A stretch of 64,000 nt of DNA from Bacilli bacterium. Its GTDB lineage: Bacteria > Bacillota_I > Bacilli_A > RF39 > UBA660. A program made the translations under genes and the position numbers. Position 1 is the stretch's first letter. Each line of letters opens with the position of its first letter. The stretch spans positions 828,658 to 892,657 of the forward strand of contig JAFYYX010000001.1 of assembly GCA_017548925.1 (NCBI GenBank). Direction: 5' to 3'. The notes under the pieces are model-generated. The model was given only the letters and a program-made list of their open reading frames with translations, had not been told where the DNA came from and made no database searches. This document shows, one piece after another, positions 28,296 to 38,051 of the stretch.

Positions 28296-29480
28296 CTAAT
28301 ATTTAATCTCAATTTCTTCATCATCATATGTATAAACAATGGGAACTCTAGTTGAAAATAAGTTTAAAAACTTGTAACCTGATAACTTGGCTTTTAGTCC
28401 AACATCTTTTACGCTTTGATGTTTACCAATAATCTCAACTTCATCACCTACATTTACTGAATTGTTAACTTTAACCATAATCATATCCATACATTCAGCA
28501 ACAATTTCGCATGGATTATTATTTATATAAACACACTTAAAATCCTTAATAACTCCATCAGCATAACCTGCAGGAATAGTAGCAATATATGATTCATCTT
28601 TTACCTTATATAATGCACCATAACCAACAAAATCACCTGGAAGTACTCGTCTTACTTGAATAACTTTACTATACATAGAAAGAGGAAATTCAAGATCTAA
28701 ATTATTGGTTAAATGAACACCTTTTATTGAATTGGTCTTCCATAAATGATTTCTTTTTAATTTAGTAATGAAATTTCCAGTATTAATTCTTGGTTTGTAA
28801 CCATACATAGCAATTCCCATACGAAATCCATTAGCAAAATCAAGCTTATCATGAGTAACCAAAGTAAGTGATCTATCAACATGTATTATCGGAATAGATT
28901 TTAAATCAACATTTCTTGTAATCTTAAGAAAGTTGTTTATTTGATCTCTATAATGTAGATCATTAACGCCAGATGTTGCAAGGTGGGTATAAATACCTTC
29001 AATTAAAACTTTTTTATTGTCAGACAGTAGTTTATAAGCTTTATCAAAATCGCTTTGACTTCTAAAACCTAATCTGCTCATGCCTGAATCTATTTTTAAG
29101 TGAACCTTAACTTGATCTGTTAACTTTAAATCGCATAAATCTTCGGCTTCGGTTAATGAACCAATGGTAATAGTAATATTATTATTAATTGCATCATAAA
29201 TATACTCGCTCATAATTGGCTCAAGAATCAAAACAGGAATATCTATAAAATATTTTCTCAAGGAAATAGCTTCTTCTAAAGAAGAAACTGCTAAATAATT
29301 AGCTCCACCATTAATCATATATTTTGCAGCATAAATACCATGGTGATATGCATTATTTTTTACAACCGCAAAATAATATTTGTAATCACTATAATTAGAA
29401 ATAATATTTTTAATATTGTTTTCTAATTTATTACCATCAACTTTAATATATGTAGGTCTATACATTATTAAACACCTCAT
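28296..29480 (-). CDS. Alanine-racemase-fold PLP enzyme (amino-acid racemase-like).
   Basis: N-terminal YFAVVKNNAYHHG matches the alanine racemase PLP-Lys motif A(V)VKANAYGHG. TIM-barrel and C-terminal beta-domain lengths are typical (394 aa). Confidence 0.6.
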   Translation of the reverse strand: MRCLIMYRPTYIKVDGNKLENNIKNIISNYSDYKYYFAVVKNNAYHHGIYAAKYMINGGANYLAVSSLEEAISLRKYFIDIPVLILEPIMSEYIYDAINNNITITIGSLTEAEDLCDLKLTDQVKVHLKIDSGMSRLGFRSQSDFDKAYKLLSDNKKVLIEGIYTHLATSGVNDLHYRDQINNFLKITRNVDLKSIPIIHVDRSLTLVTHDKLDFANGFRMGIAMYGYKPRINTGNFITKLKRNHLWKTNSIKGVHLTNNLDLEFPLSMYSKVIQVRRVLPGDFVGYGALYKVKDESYIATIPAGYADGVIKDFKCVYINNNPCEIVAECMDMIMVKVNNSVNVGDEVEIIGKHQSVKDVGLKAKLSGYKFLNLFSTRVPIVYTYDDEEIEIKY

Positions 29481-29538
29481 TATAATTATATCACGTGTAC
29501 ATATAATCTAGAAATAAAAATAGACAGAAAGGAAGAAA

Positions 29539-30936
29539 ATGATAGCAGATAAAGAACAAGAAATAGCATCAAAATACATAGAAAATGACTCACTTATTAT
29601 TGCGGGGGCTGGTAGTGGTAAAACTACTACTCTACTATTAAAAATAGATTATTTAATAAAACAAGGAATAAAAGAAAATGAAATATTAGTAATTTCATTT
29701 ACAAATGAAACAGTTAATAATTTTATAAATAAATGCAAATATAATATTGATGTTATGACATTCCACAAATTAGCAAATAAAATTATCAAAAACGATAAAG
29801 AAATCGTTGACGATGAATTTTTAAAAGATTGTATTATAAAGTATTTTAAAAATATACCTACTAAGTTAAAGAAAAAATTATATATTTCATTTGTAGGAGT
29901 ATTATATACAGATGTAAAGTATAACAAAAATATTGAAGCGGTAACATCATCATCAATAACAAGTTACTTTTATTCAACTATAAAACAATTAATAGCAAAT
30001 ATGATTGATATAAACAAGTGTGATATTACTAGATTTAAAAATAATGAAAAAATATTACTTTACTGTACAAAAAAAATAATAGACTACTATAACGAAGAGC
30101 TAGTTGAAAATAACTTTATTGATTTTGATAGCTTAATTATAGAGGCAACAAGAATATTAAATGATCAAAAAATACACCACAACTACAAACATATTCTTGT
30201 AGATGAGTATCAAGATATATCAATGATTAGGTTAAATTTTTTAAAATCGTTAATAAAAGTTAATAATTCAATCTTAACAGCTGTTGGAGATGATTTTCAA
30301 TCAATCTACGGGTTTAGCGGTTCCAATATTAATTTGTTCTACAATTTTCAAAAACACTTTAAGAATAGTAAAATATTTTATATTCATACATCATATAGAT
30401 GTCCAAGATTAATTGTTAAAAAAGCTGGGAGGTTTATTATGAAAAATCCTTGTCAAATAAAGAAAAATATCATATCAAATAGCAAAGTGCGAGGAAAAAT
30501 TATAAAAATTCGTGCAAGATCATTCTATGCTGAATTAATAAAAATTATTAGAAAATATCGACACAAAAATAAAAGTATTTTAATTATTGGAAGAAACAAT
30601 TTTGACATAAACTTTTATATTAACAAAAAAAATAGAGTCGAAAATAGCTATATAGTTTACAATAATAAAACTTATAAAAATATAAGATATTTAACAGTAC
30701 ATAAATCAAAAGGACTAGAAGCAGATATCACCATTATAATTAATCTATCTAACTCAAGGCTTGGATTTCCATGCCGTGATAACAATACTCTAATACCAAA
30801 ATTAATAAAAAATGAAGAAACATATCTATATGCGGAAGAAAGAAGATTGTTTTACGTTGCTCTAACTAGATGTAAACTTAAAACATATCTAATAATTAAC
30901 AGAAAAGCTCCATCAGAATTCATATCTGAAATATAA
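29539..30936 (+). CDS. UvrD/Rep-family (superfamily 1) DNA helicase. It is short.
   Basis: Walker A AGAGSGKTTTLL. Motif II LVDEYQDIS. Motifs V-VI TVHKSKGLEADITI and FYVALTRCK. 465 aa. Confidence 0.7.
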   Translation: MIADKEQEIASKYIENDSLIIAGAGSGKTTTLLLKIDYLIKQGIKENEILVISFTNETVNNFINKCKYNIDVMTFHKLANKIIKNDKEIVDDEFLKDCIIKYFKNIPTKLKKKLYISFVGVLYTDVKYNKNIEAVTSSSITSYFYSTIKQLIANMIDINKCDITRFKNNEKILLYCTKKIIDYYNEELVENNFIDFDSLIIEATRILNDQKIHHNYKHILVDEYQDISMIRLNFLKSLIKVNNSILTAVGDDFQSIYGFSGSNINLFYNFQKHFKNSKIFYIHTSYRCPRLIVKKAGRFIMKNPCQIKKNIISNSKVRGKIIKIRARSFYAELIKIIRKYRHKNKSILIIGRNNFDINFYINKKNRVENSYIVYNNKTYKNIRYLTVHKSKGLEADITIIINLSNSRLGFPCRDNNTLIPKLIKNEETYLYAEERRLFYVALTRCKLKTYLIINRKAPSEFISEI

Positions 30937-30977
30937 AAAAACCAAATAGATATACTATTTGGCAATTATCAATAAAA

Positions 30978-31053
<76 letters not shown>

Positions 31054-31056
31054 AAA

Positions 31057-31132
31057 TGGCGGTTCCGACGAGAATCGAACTCGCGATCTTCTGCGTGACA
31101 GGCAGACGTGATAACCGCTACACCACGGAACC
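31057..31132 (-). tRNA. tRNA-Asp (GTC).
   Basis: GGUUCCGUGGUGUAGCGGUUAUCACG...anticodon loop CUGUCAC...GAGUUCGAUUCUC...GGAACCGCCA. Confidence 0.9.
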
Positions 31133-31134
31133 AT

Positions 31135-31211
<77 letters not shown>

Positions 31212-31220
31212 ATAAATAAG

Positions 31221-31313
31221 TGGCGGAGGAAAAGGGATTCGAACCCCTGCGCCGATTACTCGACCTCCTGGTTTTCAAGACCAGTCCCTTCAACCGGACT
31301 TGGGTATTCCTCC
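31221..31313 (-). tRNA. tRNA-Ser (TGA).
   Basis: GGAGGAAUACCCAAGUCCGGUUGAAGGG...anticodon loop CUUGAAA...long variable arm...GGUUCGAAUCCC...CCUCCGCCA. Confidence 0.85.
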
Positions 31314-31419
31314 AGACACAAAAAGATTATAACATATCTATTAAAAGCATGTCAATTACATTTTATGCATAAAATCGGTATTTTATACGATATTTTAAGC
31401 ATAAAATATGAAAAAAGTA

Positions 31420-31448
31420 TTGAAAAAAAATAAAATACATATTATACT
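31420..31448 (+). promoter_or_regulatory. Sigma-A-type promoter for tRNA-Leu.
   Basis: TTGAAA at 31420-31425, a 17 nt spacer, then TATACT at 31443-31448, about 30 nt upstream of the tRNA 5' end. Confidence 0.4.
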
Positions 31449-31477
31449 TAAATAGTCTTATTAATTAAGACAGTGCC

Positions 31478-31567
31478 TGCCCAAGTGGCGGAATAGGTAG
31501 ACGCACAGGACTTAAAATCCTGCGGGTGTTAAAGCTCGTGCCGGTTCAAGTCCGGCCTTGGGCACCA
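31478..31567 (+). tRNA. tRNA-Leu (TAA).
   Basis: UGCCCAAGUGGCGGAAUAGGUAGACGCACAGGACUUAAAAUCCUGCGG...long variable arm...GGUUCAAGUCCGGCCUUGGGCACCA. Confidence 0.9.
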
Positions 31568-31575
31568 ACTTGTAA

Positions 31576-31607
31576 ATAAAAACTTCCTTATAGGAAGTTT
31601 TTTTATT
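31576..31607. terminator. Bidirectional intrinsic terminator. It serves tRNA-Leu on the plus strand and the S1-domain gene on the minus strand.
   Basis: An 11 bp stem, aaaacttcct/aggaagtttt, with a 3 nt loop, flanked by an A-run and a T-run. Confidence 0.7.
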
Positions 31608-31968
31608 GTTTATCTATTTCTGACTTTTTCTCTTCTATCCATTTTGGTAGTTTCTCTTGAAGTGTATCAAATCCATGATCTAAATGAGACATTTCTTCGC
31701 GAGAATAACCATCTTTAAAATTTAAATATTTAATAGTTAATTTTAATTGTTTTAAATCATCGTCAACTTCAAGAATTTGACATTTAATTTTCTCCCCTAC
31801 TTTTGCATAATCAGAAACATTTCTAACAAAGTCACTAGAAATTTCAGAAATATGAATTAAACCAGTATAATTATCATCAGTACGAATAAAAATACCATAA
31901 TTTTCTACACCACAAACAGTGCAATTTATAACATCTCCAACCTTATACATTATTAAAACCTTCTCCAA
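31603..31968 (-). CDS. S1 RNA-binding domain protein (YugI/general stress protein 13-like).
   Basis: S1 fold signature GDVINCTVCGVENYGIFIRTDDNYTGLIHISEIS...GEKIKCQILEVD. 121 aa. Confidence 0.7.
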   Translation of the reverse strand: MEKVLIMYKVGDVINCTVCGVENYGIFIRTDDNYTGLIHISEISSDFVRNVSDYAKVGEKIKCQILEVDDDLKQLKLTIKYLNFKDGYSREEMSHLDHGFDTLQEKLPKWIEEKKSEIDKQ

Positions 31969-32028
31969 AAATAATATAGCATAATTAGTTTACATAAACA
32001 AGTTGTAGATATATAATACATTTAGGCG

Positions 32029-32259
32029 ATGACAATGGAAGAAAAAATTATCGATATAATAAACAATATAAAGCCATACCTTAACATGGAAGGCGGAGAC
32101 ATTGATTTTATTAAATTTGAAGATGGTTACGTATATATAAAACTATCAGGAGCATGTCAAAACTGCGAATATCAAGATCTTACTTTATACGATGGAATAG
32201 AAAAAATGATTAAAGAAGAAATTCCTGAAATTAAAGGTGTAATTAACGTATCAATTTAA
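32029..32259 (+). CDS. NifU-like (Nfu-type) Fe-S cluster carrier domain protein.
   Basis: KPYLNMEGGDIDFIKFEDGYVYIKLSGACQNCEYQDLTL shows the NifU C-terminal-domain CxxC motif. 76 aa, YutI-like. Confidence 0.75.
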   Translation: MTMEEKIIDIINNIKPYLNMEGGDIDFIKFEDGYVYIKLSGACQNCEYQDLTLYDGIEKMIKEEIPEIKGVINVSI

Positions 32260-33137
32260 AAATTTATTTTATCAATAGGAATATATGATGATATCAAATC
32301 ATATATTTTTTTTATAAATTTTTCATATGAAATAAAATCAACAAATTTATTTATATCTATATTTTTACTCTCATAATCATCAAAAAAACAGCTTGGATAA
32401 ATAATTCTTGCGTAAAGTAAAGAAGCAAGATACATATCTAAATGATGGGTTTTTAAATAATAATCCAATTCAGTCTCATAATCATCATTTTTATAATATA
32501 AAATTTTAATATATTCACTTATATCTCTTATTTCTAAATCTATTATAAAATTTAATGGATTAAAAAAATCTAGTTTTATATTTGGTATCTTTATTCTTCG
32601 GTGTACAAATGAAGCAATATTATTAGGTTTATATTTTTTCTTAGAAAATAATAAATACTCAAGTGAAATCTCTGCGATAGAAATATAGTAATTAAATACT
32701 AATTCATAATTCTTATTTAACAATTTATTATTATTAAAGTGATTAGTTAAATAGTTAATTTTATTTTCCCATAATAAATCCCAATTATTATTATAATTAA
32801 TCCTATTAAATAAAATTTTTTGAGAATCAACATAAAGCGATAACATGTCATCAAGATCTATAGTTTCTTTATAATCATTTTTAATGTCAATTATCACAAA
32901 AGTAATATCATTGTATTTTGATATAACTTCATTAAAAATATTTCTTTCAAATTTATAACAAAAGAACTTATATGAATTTACTGATTGAATTAAATTATAT
33001 ATATACAAGACTTTTTTAGGTTCAGTTATTTCTTGATATAAATAATTAGTGTTTCTTGTTTTTAATATTAGCTGCTTATTAAAATAAAACTCTTTATAAA
33101 CATTAATATTATATAAATATGATATTATTTCTTTCAT
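32256..33137 (-). CDS. Hypothetical protein. Possibly a CotS/YutH-family kinase-like protein.
   Basis: A 293 aa ORF adjacent to the nfu-like gene, as yutH is to yutI in Bacillus. I cannot confirm kinase motifs by eye. Confidence 0.4.
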   Translation of the reverse strand: MKEIISYLYNINVYKEFYFNKQLILKTRNTNYLYQEITEPKKVLYIYNLIQSVNSYKFFCYKFERNIFNEVISKYNDITFVIIDIKNDYKETIDLDDMLSLYVDSQKILFNRINYNNNWDLLWENKINYLTNHFNNNKLLNKNYELVFNYYISIAEISLEYLLFSKKKYKPNNIASFVHRRIKIPNIKLDFFNPLNFIIDLEIRDISEYIKILYYKNDDYETELDYYLKTHHLDMYLASLLYARIIYPSCFFDDYESKNIDINKFVDFISYEKFIKKIYDLISSYIPIDKINF

Positions 33138-33168
33138 ATAATCACTTATTTAATTATATAAAAAAAAC

Positions 33169-33876
33169 TTAATCTTCATGATTAAGTTTATTATAAATAC
33201 TATCAAATAATTCTTCAGCCTTAGATAAGAATTCTTTTTTAAGTTCATCATATTGATTTGTTTGTGGACCACTACTTGCATCAGTAGTTACTGCACTAAT
33301 CTCCGGAGTAGACACTTGGCTAGGTTGAACAATTGCTACATCGCTTGTAAAAGGATTAAATGTATCATTTGATTCTGAAACACCAGGAACAATTTCAGCA
33401 GTTTCACTAAAAGTTGATGGTGCTACCGGTTCAATATTAGGAACTGTACCCCCAGTAATATCTTCGGGAGTTATTTGTTCAAAAATAGGAGTTTGATCAG
33501 CAGAAACTTCATTAGGAGTCTCTTCAGCAGGAACTTCATAAGAAGTTTTCAATATATCAAAAGAAGCAATTGGTAAAGTTAATTGGCGATAATAAACATC
33601 ATCGGCATTAATCTCACTATTTACACGTGCAAACTCAACTTTCTCACCAGAAATAATCTTCTTTAAATTTTCTTTAGTATCTTTCCACTCTTCAGCATCT
33701 GTTATTCCAACAATTTTATTATTTGATTCTTTACTCACTAAAACAATAGGAAGACCCATTGATCCAGTACTTTCTCCATCGAAAATAACATATTTAATAT
33801 TATTAAAATTAAAAGCTGTAACAACTTCTCTTTCTTGAACAGAACCTGAAGCTAAGTTTAATTTAACTCTAGTCAT
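33169..33876 (-). CDS. Hypothetical protein. It has an N-terminal DUF1292-like domain and a Pro/Ser/Thr-rich C-terminal region.
   Basis: N-terminal EREVVTAFNFNNIKYVIFDGES...IVLVSKE...GITDAEEWKDTKENLKKII resembles DUF1292/UPF0473 (the ...EEW... motif). The C-terminal half is low complexity (VPAEETPNEVSADQTP...). Confidence 0.45.
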   Translation of the reverse strand: MTRVKLNLASGSVQEREVVTAFNFNNIKYVIFDGESTGSMGLPIVLVSKESNNKIVGITDAEEWKDTKENLKKIISGEKVEFARVNSEINADDVYYRQLTLPIASFDILKTSYEVPAEETPNEVSADQTPIFEQITPEDITGGTVPNIEPVAPSTFSETAEIVPGVSESNDTFNPFTSDVAIVQPSQVSTPEISAVTTDASSGPQTNQYDELKKEFLSKAEELFDSIYNKLNHED

Positions 33877-33927
33877 ATAAATCCCTCTCTATTCTACATG
33901 TAATTATAACAAACGATTCTACTTATT

Positions 33928-34227
33928 TCAATCTTTATTAACTATTTTCTTAATACAAAACCACTTACAACCATAAGCACATGACTTATTAATATATTCA
34001 TCTAAATTTTTAATATCATTAATAGGTTTAAAGTATTTATTAGTCTTATCATTAAAACCTTTTAGTCTAACTTTTCCATATGCATAATCACCAACAATAT
34101 AGTCAAACCCATCATAATAGTCAGTAATTTTATCAGTAAGTAGTTCAACATCTATAGCATCTTTTTCATCTTTTATTACTTCATATTCTATATTATTTAT
34201 TACTATTTTTTTCATATAATTCACCAA
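33928..34227 (-). CDS. Small conserved protein, YutD/DUF1027-like.
   Basis: 99 aa. YEVIKDEKDAIDVELLTDKITDYYDGFDYIVGDYAYGKVRLKGF and its yut-like neighbourhood support the call. Confidence 0.4.
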   Translation of the reverse strand: MVNYMKKIVINNIEYEVIKDEKDAIDVELLTDKITDYYDGFDYIVGDYAYGKVRLKGFNDKTNKYFKPINDIKNLDEYINKSCAYGCKWFCIKKIVNKD

Positions 34228-34247
34228 AATTATTATAACATATTATT

Positions 34248-34928
34248 TTAATTACTTACAGCACCACTTTCGACATTTAAACTGGTTCCCAAATAAGTTG
34301 ATACCCTTCCATTAATTATTTTTGAAGATATTAAAAACCCATAATCATATGATGATATTCTTGATAATACAGGTTTAACCAAACTTTGATCAATATGTAC
34401 TAATAAATATACATCAACAATAGCATTATTTAATCCATAATTTCTTACTTTAACATCTATTTTTACAACTGGAATACTTAATAAATCATAATATAAAATA
34501 ACTTTAGGACCTAAATTATATATAAATGGATTGTTAGAAATCATGCCAAGAGGCAATAGAAAATATAAATTATTATTAGTTTTTAAAGTATTATAATAAC
34601 TACTTAAATAGCTATAATTAATCTCATCAATTTTATTATTAATTTCTTTTAAATAGCGACTTAAATACCCATTGGTTTTGTTAATATCAAGTGTAACATC
34701 GATAATTTCTTTTTGATCATTATAAACAACATTATATAAATCATTTGGTATATTAATAAAGCTATTTTTAAAAATATTATTAATTTCTTTTTTTAAGAAT
34801 ATAGAATTATTTTCTTTAATAAATATATTAAATTTATTTAAATATAGTTTTCCAATATAATTACGTAAAATAATATTTATTAAAAAAACTATACTAAGAT
34901 TAAAAATAAGAAGTTTTTTCTTTTTCAT
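34248..34928 (-). CDS. YunB-like membrane-anchored protein.
   Basis: An N-terminal TM helix with a ~200 aa extracytoplasmic domain. The size and yut/yun neighbourhood resemble sporulation protein YunB. Confidence 0.35.
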   Translation of the reverse strand: MKKKKLLIFNLSIVFLINIILRNYIGKLYLNKFNIFIKENNSIFLKKEINNIFKNSFINIPNDLYNVVYNDQKEIIDVTLDINKTNGYLSRYLKEINNKIDEINYSYLSSYYNTLKTNNNLYFLLPLGMISNNPFIYNLGPKVILYYDLLSIPVVKIDVKVRNYGLNNAIVDVYLLVHIDQSLVKPVLSRISSYDYGFLISSKIINGRVSTYLGTSLNVESGAVSN

Positions 34929-34963
34929 ATCAATATATATGAAAAAAAGGTTAATATTATTTA

Positions 34964-35803
34964 TTAACCTTTAAATAAATTTAATGATAAGAAATGATCA
35001 AGTAATAGATAAATACAAAATAGTATTGCTAAAACAATAATAATAGTAACAATAGTTAAAAGAATTTTATGACTTTTAACTTCTTTCTTTAAGTCATCAA
35101 AGTCATCAAAATCACTTTGTGTAAATACAGTAGATGTTGTATAAAAAGAATTCTCTAATTCTTTTTCTTTAACTTCTTCATTTTCTATAACTTCATCACT
35201 TTCAAGAGTCTTTTCAATTTCATCTTTCATCCCATCAAGAACAACAGTATTCTCATCGCCTTTTAAATCTGGGAAAAGATCAAGCGGATCATCTTCTTTT
35301 TTCCTGTTTTCCAATTCTTTTTGAGTTATGGTATTAATTAATTTCATAAGTTCATCTTTATCTTGCTCTACTTCTTTAGTTGATATTTCATCAGGATTTA
35401 GGTTTAAGTCTTTTAATATATCATACTGTGTATCTCTTAATTTCTTAAATCTATTTTTATCATAATCATTACTCTCATTTTCTTTTGCTTTTTCGAGTAT
35501 TAAATTAATGTCATATTCTTTAGTTTCAACAACTGAAGGAATTTCTTCGGTTTTGTCTTCTGGAATAACAATAGATTTTCTTTTTGGAGCATTATTATAT
35601 CTAGTTTCTAAAATTCTTTTAATATGTTCAACATCAATATTTGTACCATTATCATCAAGAACTGTTGCGTTAGTTTTAACAGTATATTTATCAAGTTCTT
35701 GATCAGATATCTTTTTATACAAATCTTCGTTCTTTTTAAATCTCTGACCTACTTCTTCATGAACATCGGTATACTTTTCCATACGAGTTTGCATAAGAAA
35801 CAC
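34964..35803 (-). CDS. Hypothetical acidic coiled-coil protein with a C-terminal TM anchor.
   Basis: 279 aa, Glu/Asp/Lys-rich. A single C-terminal hydrophobic helix, ILLTIVTIIIVLAILFCIYLLL. Confidence 0.5.
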   Translation of the reverse strand: MFLMQTRMEKYTDVHEEVGQRFKKNEDLYKKISDQELDKYTVKTNATVLDDNGTNIDVEHIKRILETRYNNAPKRKSIVIPEDKTEEIPSVVETKEYDINLILEKAKENESNDYDKNRFKKLRDTQYDILKDLNLNPDEISTKEVEQDKDELMKLINTITQKELENRKKEDDPLDLFPDLKGDENTVVLDGMKDEIEKTLESDEVIENEEVKEKELENSFYTTSTVFTQSDFDDFDDLKKEVKSHKILLTIVTIIIVLAILFCIYLLLDHFLSLNLFKG

Positions 35804-35901
35804 TCCAATCCTAACAAAATGATACCATATATTTAATTATTTTTAAATAATATAATTGATTTTTAAGTTCTTTTTTTTTATAATTTAAATGGTGATTAAA
35901 A

Positions 35902-36183
35902 ATGGTTAAATTAAATGTAGACGAAGAAAAATGTATTGGTTGTGGCGCTTGCGTTGCAATAGATCCTGAACATTTTGATTTTAATGATAATGGATTATCA
36001 AGCGTTATTAAAAATGATAATTTAGAATCAGCTAATCTTAAAAATGCTCAAGAATCATGCCCAACTGGAGCAATATCAATTGGCGATGAAATAGTTACTG
36101 ATCAAAAATGTAGTTGCTGTGAAAATTGCACAAGTGATGAAAATTGCGAGTGTGGATGCGACAACTGTGAATGTGGTAAATAA
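35902..36183 (+). CDS. 4Fe-4S ferredoxin with a Cys-rich C-terminal tail.
   Basis: CIGCGACVAIDPEHFDF is an Fd-type cluster motif. The tail is CSCCENCTSDENCECGCDNCECGK. RBS GGTGAT. Confidence 0.7.
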   Translation: MVKLNVDEEKCIGCGACVAIDPEHFDFNDNGLSSVIKNDNLESANLKNAQESCPTGAISIGDEIVTDQKCSCCENCTSDENCECGCDNCECGK

Positions 36184-36213
36184 AAAAATATTTCGTAAGA
36201 AATATTTTTTTTA
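36182..36213. terminator. Bidirectional intrinsic terminator between the ferredoxin gene and rluB.
   Basis: A 9-10 bp stem, aaatatttc/gaaatattt, with loop gtaa, followed by a T-run. Confidence 0.55.
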
Positions 36214-36930
36214 TTCACTAAACAGTTTTTTAACTTCTTTTATAGAAAGTTCTCTATACTCTCCACTTTTTAAGTCTTTAACATCTAAAAATGAATAATT
36301 AGTTCTAGTTAACTTAATTACATCATGCTTTAAAGATGAAAAAATATTTTTAATAATATGGTTACGTCCTTCAATAATAGTTATTTCAACTAGTGAATTA
36401 TTCTTTTCTAAATCTTTTTTCTTTATCTTAAAATTTGATGTATCAACTTTTCTATCATCAATTACAATACCTTGTTTAAGTTTAACAATATCTTCTTTAG
36501 ATAATATGCCTTCGATTTTAGCTAGATATGTTTTTTTAATATTATTTTTAGGATGCATTAAGTGATTAGCAAAATCTCCATCATTTGTTAGAAGTATTAT
36601 ACCTGTTGTATTATAATCAAGTCTTCCAATTGGATAGATTCTTAAATCAGTATCAATTAAATCAACAACAGTCTTTCTCCCTTTTTCATCTTTTACACTT
36701 GATATATAACCTCTAGGTTTATTAAGTAAATAATAAACCTTTTTTTCATTTTTATTTAATTCTACTCCATCAATTAAAATTACATCACTTGAATTTACTT
36801 TAACGCCTTGTTCGCAAATAATTTCCCCATTAACAGATACTCTTCCTTCACTAATAAGTTTTTCAGCATTTCTTCTCGATGTATATCCACTATTAGCAAT
36901 TACTTTTTGTAAACGCTCCATATATATCAC
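36211..36930 (-). CDS. rluB: rRNA pseudouridine synthase (RsuA/RluB family) with an S4 domain.
   Basis: An N-terminal S4 domain. Catalytic motif GRLDYNTTGIILLTNDG. KKTYLAKIEG. Confidence 0.85.
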   Translation of the reverse strand: MIYMERLQKVIANSGYTSRRNAEKLISEGRVSVNGEIICEQGVKVNSSDVILIDGVELNKNEKKVYYLLNKPRGYISSVKDEKGRKTVVDLIDTDLRIYPIGRLDYNTTGIILLTNDGDFANHLMHPKNNIKKTYLAKIEGILSKEDIVKLKQGIVIDDRKVDTSNFKIKKKDLEKNNSLVEITIIEGRNHIIKNIFSSLKHDVIKLTRTNYSFLDVKDLKSGEYRELSIKEVKKLFSE

Positions 36931-37008
36931 CTAGAAATGATTATATCACAAATAATACTTATAGAAAAATAACATATAAAAAATAGTAATTCAAGTTTTA
37001 AATATTTA

Positions 37009-38019
37009 TTAAAGAACAATTACGTATATTGGAGCATTATATATTTCTCTATTTTTATTAAAAACTCTTACTCTACCAACAATATCACCGCTATTTATAT
37101 TTTTATATTTGTATAATTCATAAGTTATAAATATATTTTTTAAATCTTTTTTAGTTAAAATAAGATGATAATTGTCTTTTAAATAAAATCTTACACTTTT
37201 ATAATACTTGTCTTTAATGTTTAACTTATTTTTATTAAGTATTAAATAGTTACTATATTTAGAATATATACTATTATAAAAATTGATATGAAAATTAAAA
37301 TCATCACTTATTCCAAGTGATACAATAACTAAATTCATATTATCTTTAGATGACGTTGTTATTAAAGTTCTTTTAGCTTTTTTAGTATATCCAGTTTTAC
37401 CACCGGTTATATTTTTATCAATAAATAAGGCTTTGTTTTTATTTTGCCAAACGTGTACATTTAAATTAGTTTTCACACTATATTTTTTAGTTGAAAATAT
37501 TTTTTTAAAAGTCATATTTTTCATTGCTTTAGATGTAATATATGCCATGTCATATGCACTTGATATATTTTTAGTTTCTTCATCATCTAATCCAGTAGGA
37601 TTTTGAAATATTGTATCCTTTAATCCCATTTTATTTACTTCTTCATTCATTAATTTAACAAATTTATCTAGTGAACCAGCTGTATGTATAGCTAAAACAG
37701 TAGCTGCATCATTACCACTTCTAAGCATCATTCCATAAAGTAAATCAATTACTTTAATTTCCTCTCCTTTTTTTAAATAAATACTACTTCCATGAGATAA
37801 GTTAACTTCATCACCAACTACTATAGTTTCATCAAGTTTAGCATTATTTATAACTATATATGCTGTCATTACTTTAGTAATAGATGCTATTAATCTTTTT
37901 TCGTGGATATTATCACCGTATAAGATTTTATTGTTATCTTGATCCATAACTATGTAAGATGCACTTACTTTATTTATACATAAAAAAAATAAAGTAATAA
38001 TGAAAATTATTTTCTTCAT
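37009..38019 (-). CDS. dacA: D-alanyl-D-alanine carboxypeptidase (low-molecular-weight PBP, S11).
   Basis: A signal peptide, then SITK (SxxK), SGN and KTG motifs (LIASITKVMT, RSGNDAA, GGKTGYT). Confidence 0.8.
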   Translation of the reverse strand: MKKIIFIITLFFLCINKVSASYIVMDQDNNKILYGDNIHEKRLIASITKVMTAYIVINNAKLDETIVVGDEVNLSHGSSIYLKKGEEIKVIDLLYGMMLRSGNDAATVLAIHTAGSLDKFVKLMNEEVNKMGLKDTIFQNPTGLDDEETKNISSAYDMAYITSKAMKNMTFKKIFSTKKYSVKTNLNVHVWQNKNKALFIDKNITGGKTGYTKKAKRTLITTSSKDNMNLVIVSLGISDDFNFHINFYNSIYSKYSNYLILNKNKLNIKDKYYKSVRFYLKDNYHLILTKKDLKNIFITYELYKYKNINSGDIVGRVRVFNKNREIYNAPIYVIVL

Positions 38020-38051
38020 ATCTAATCATATGAAATTATATTAAAATAATT

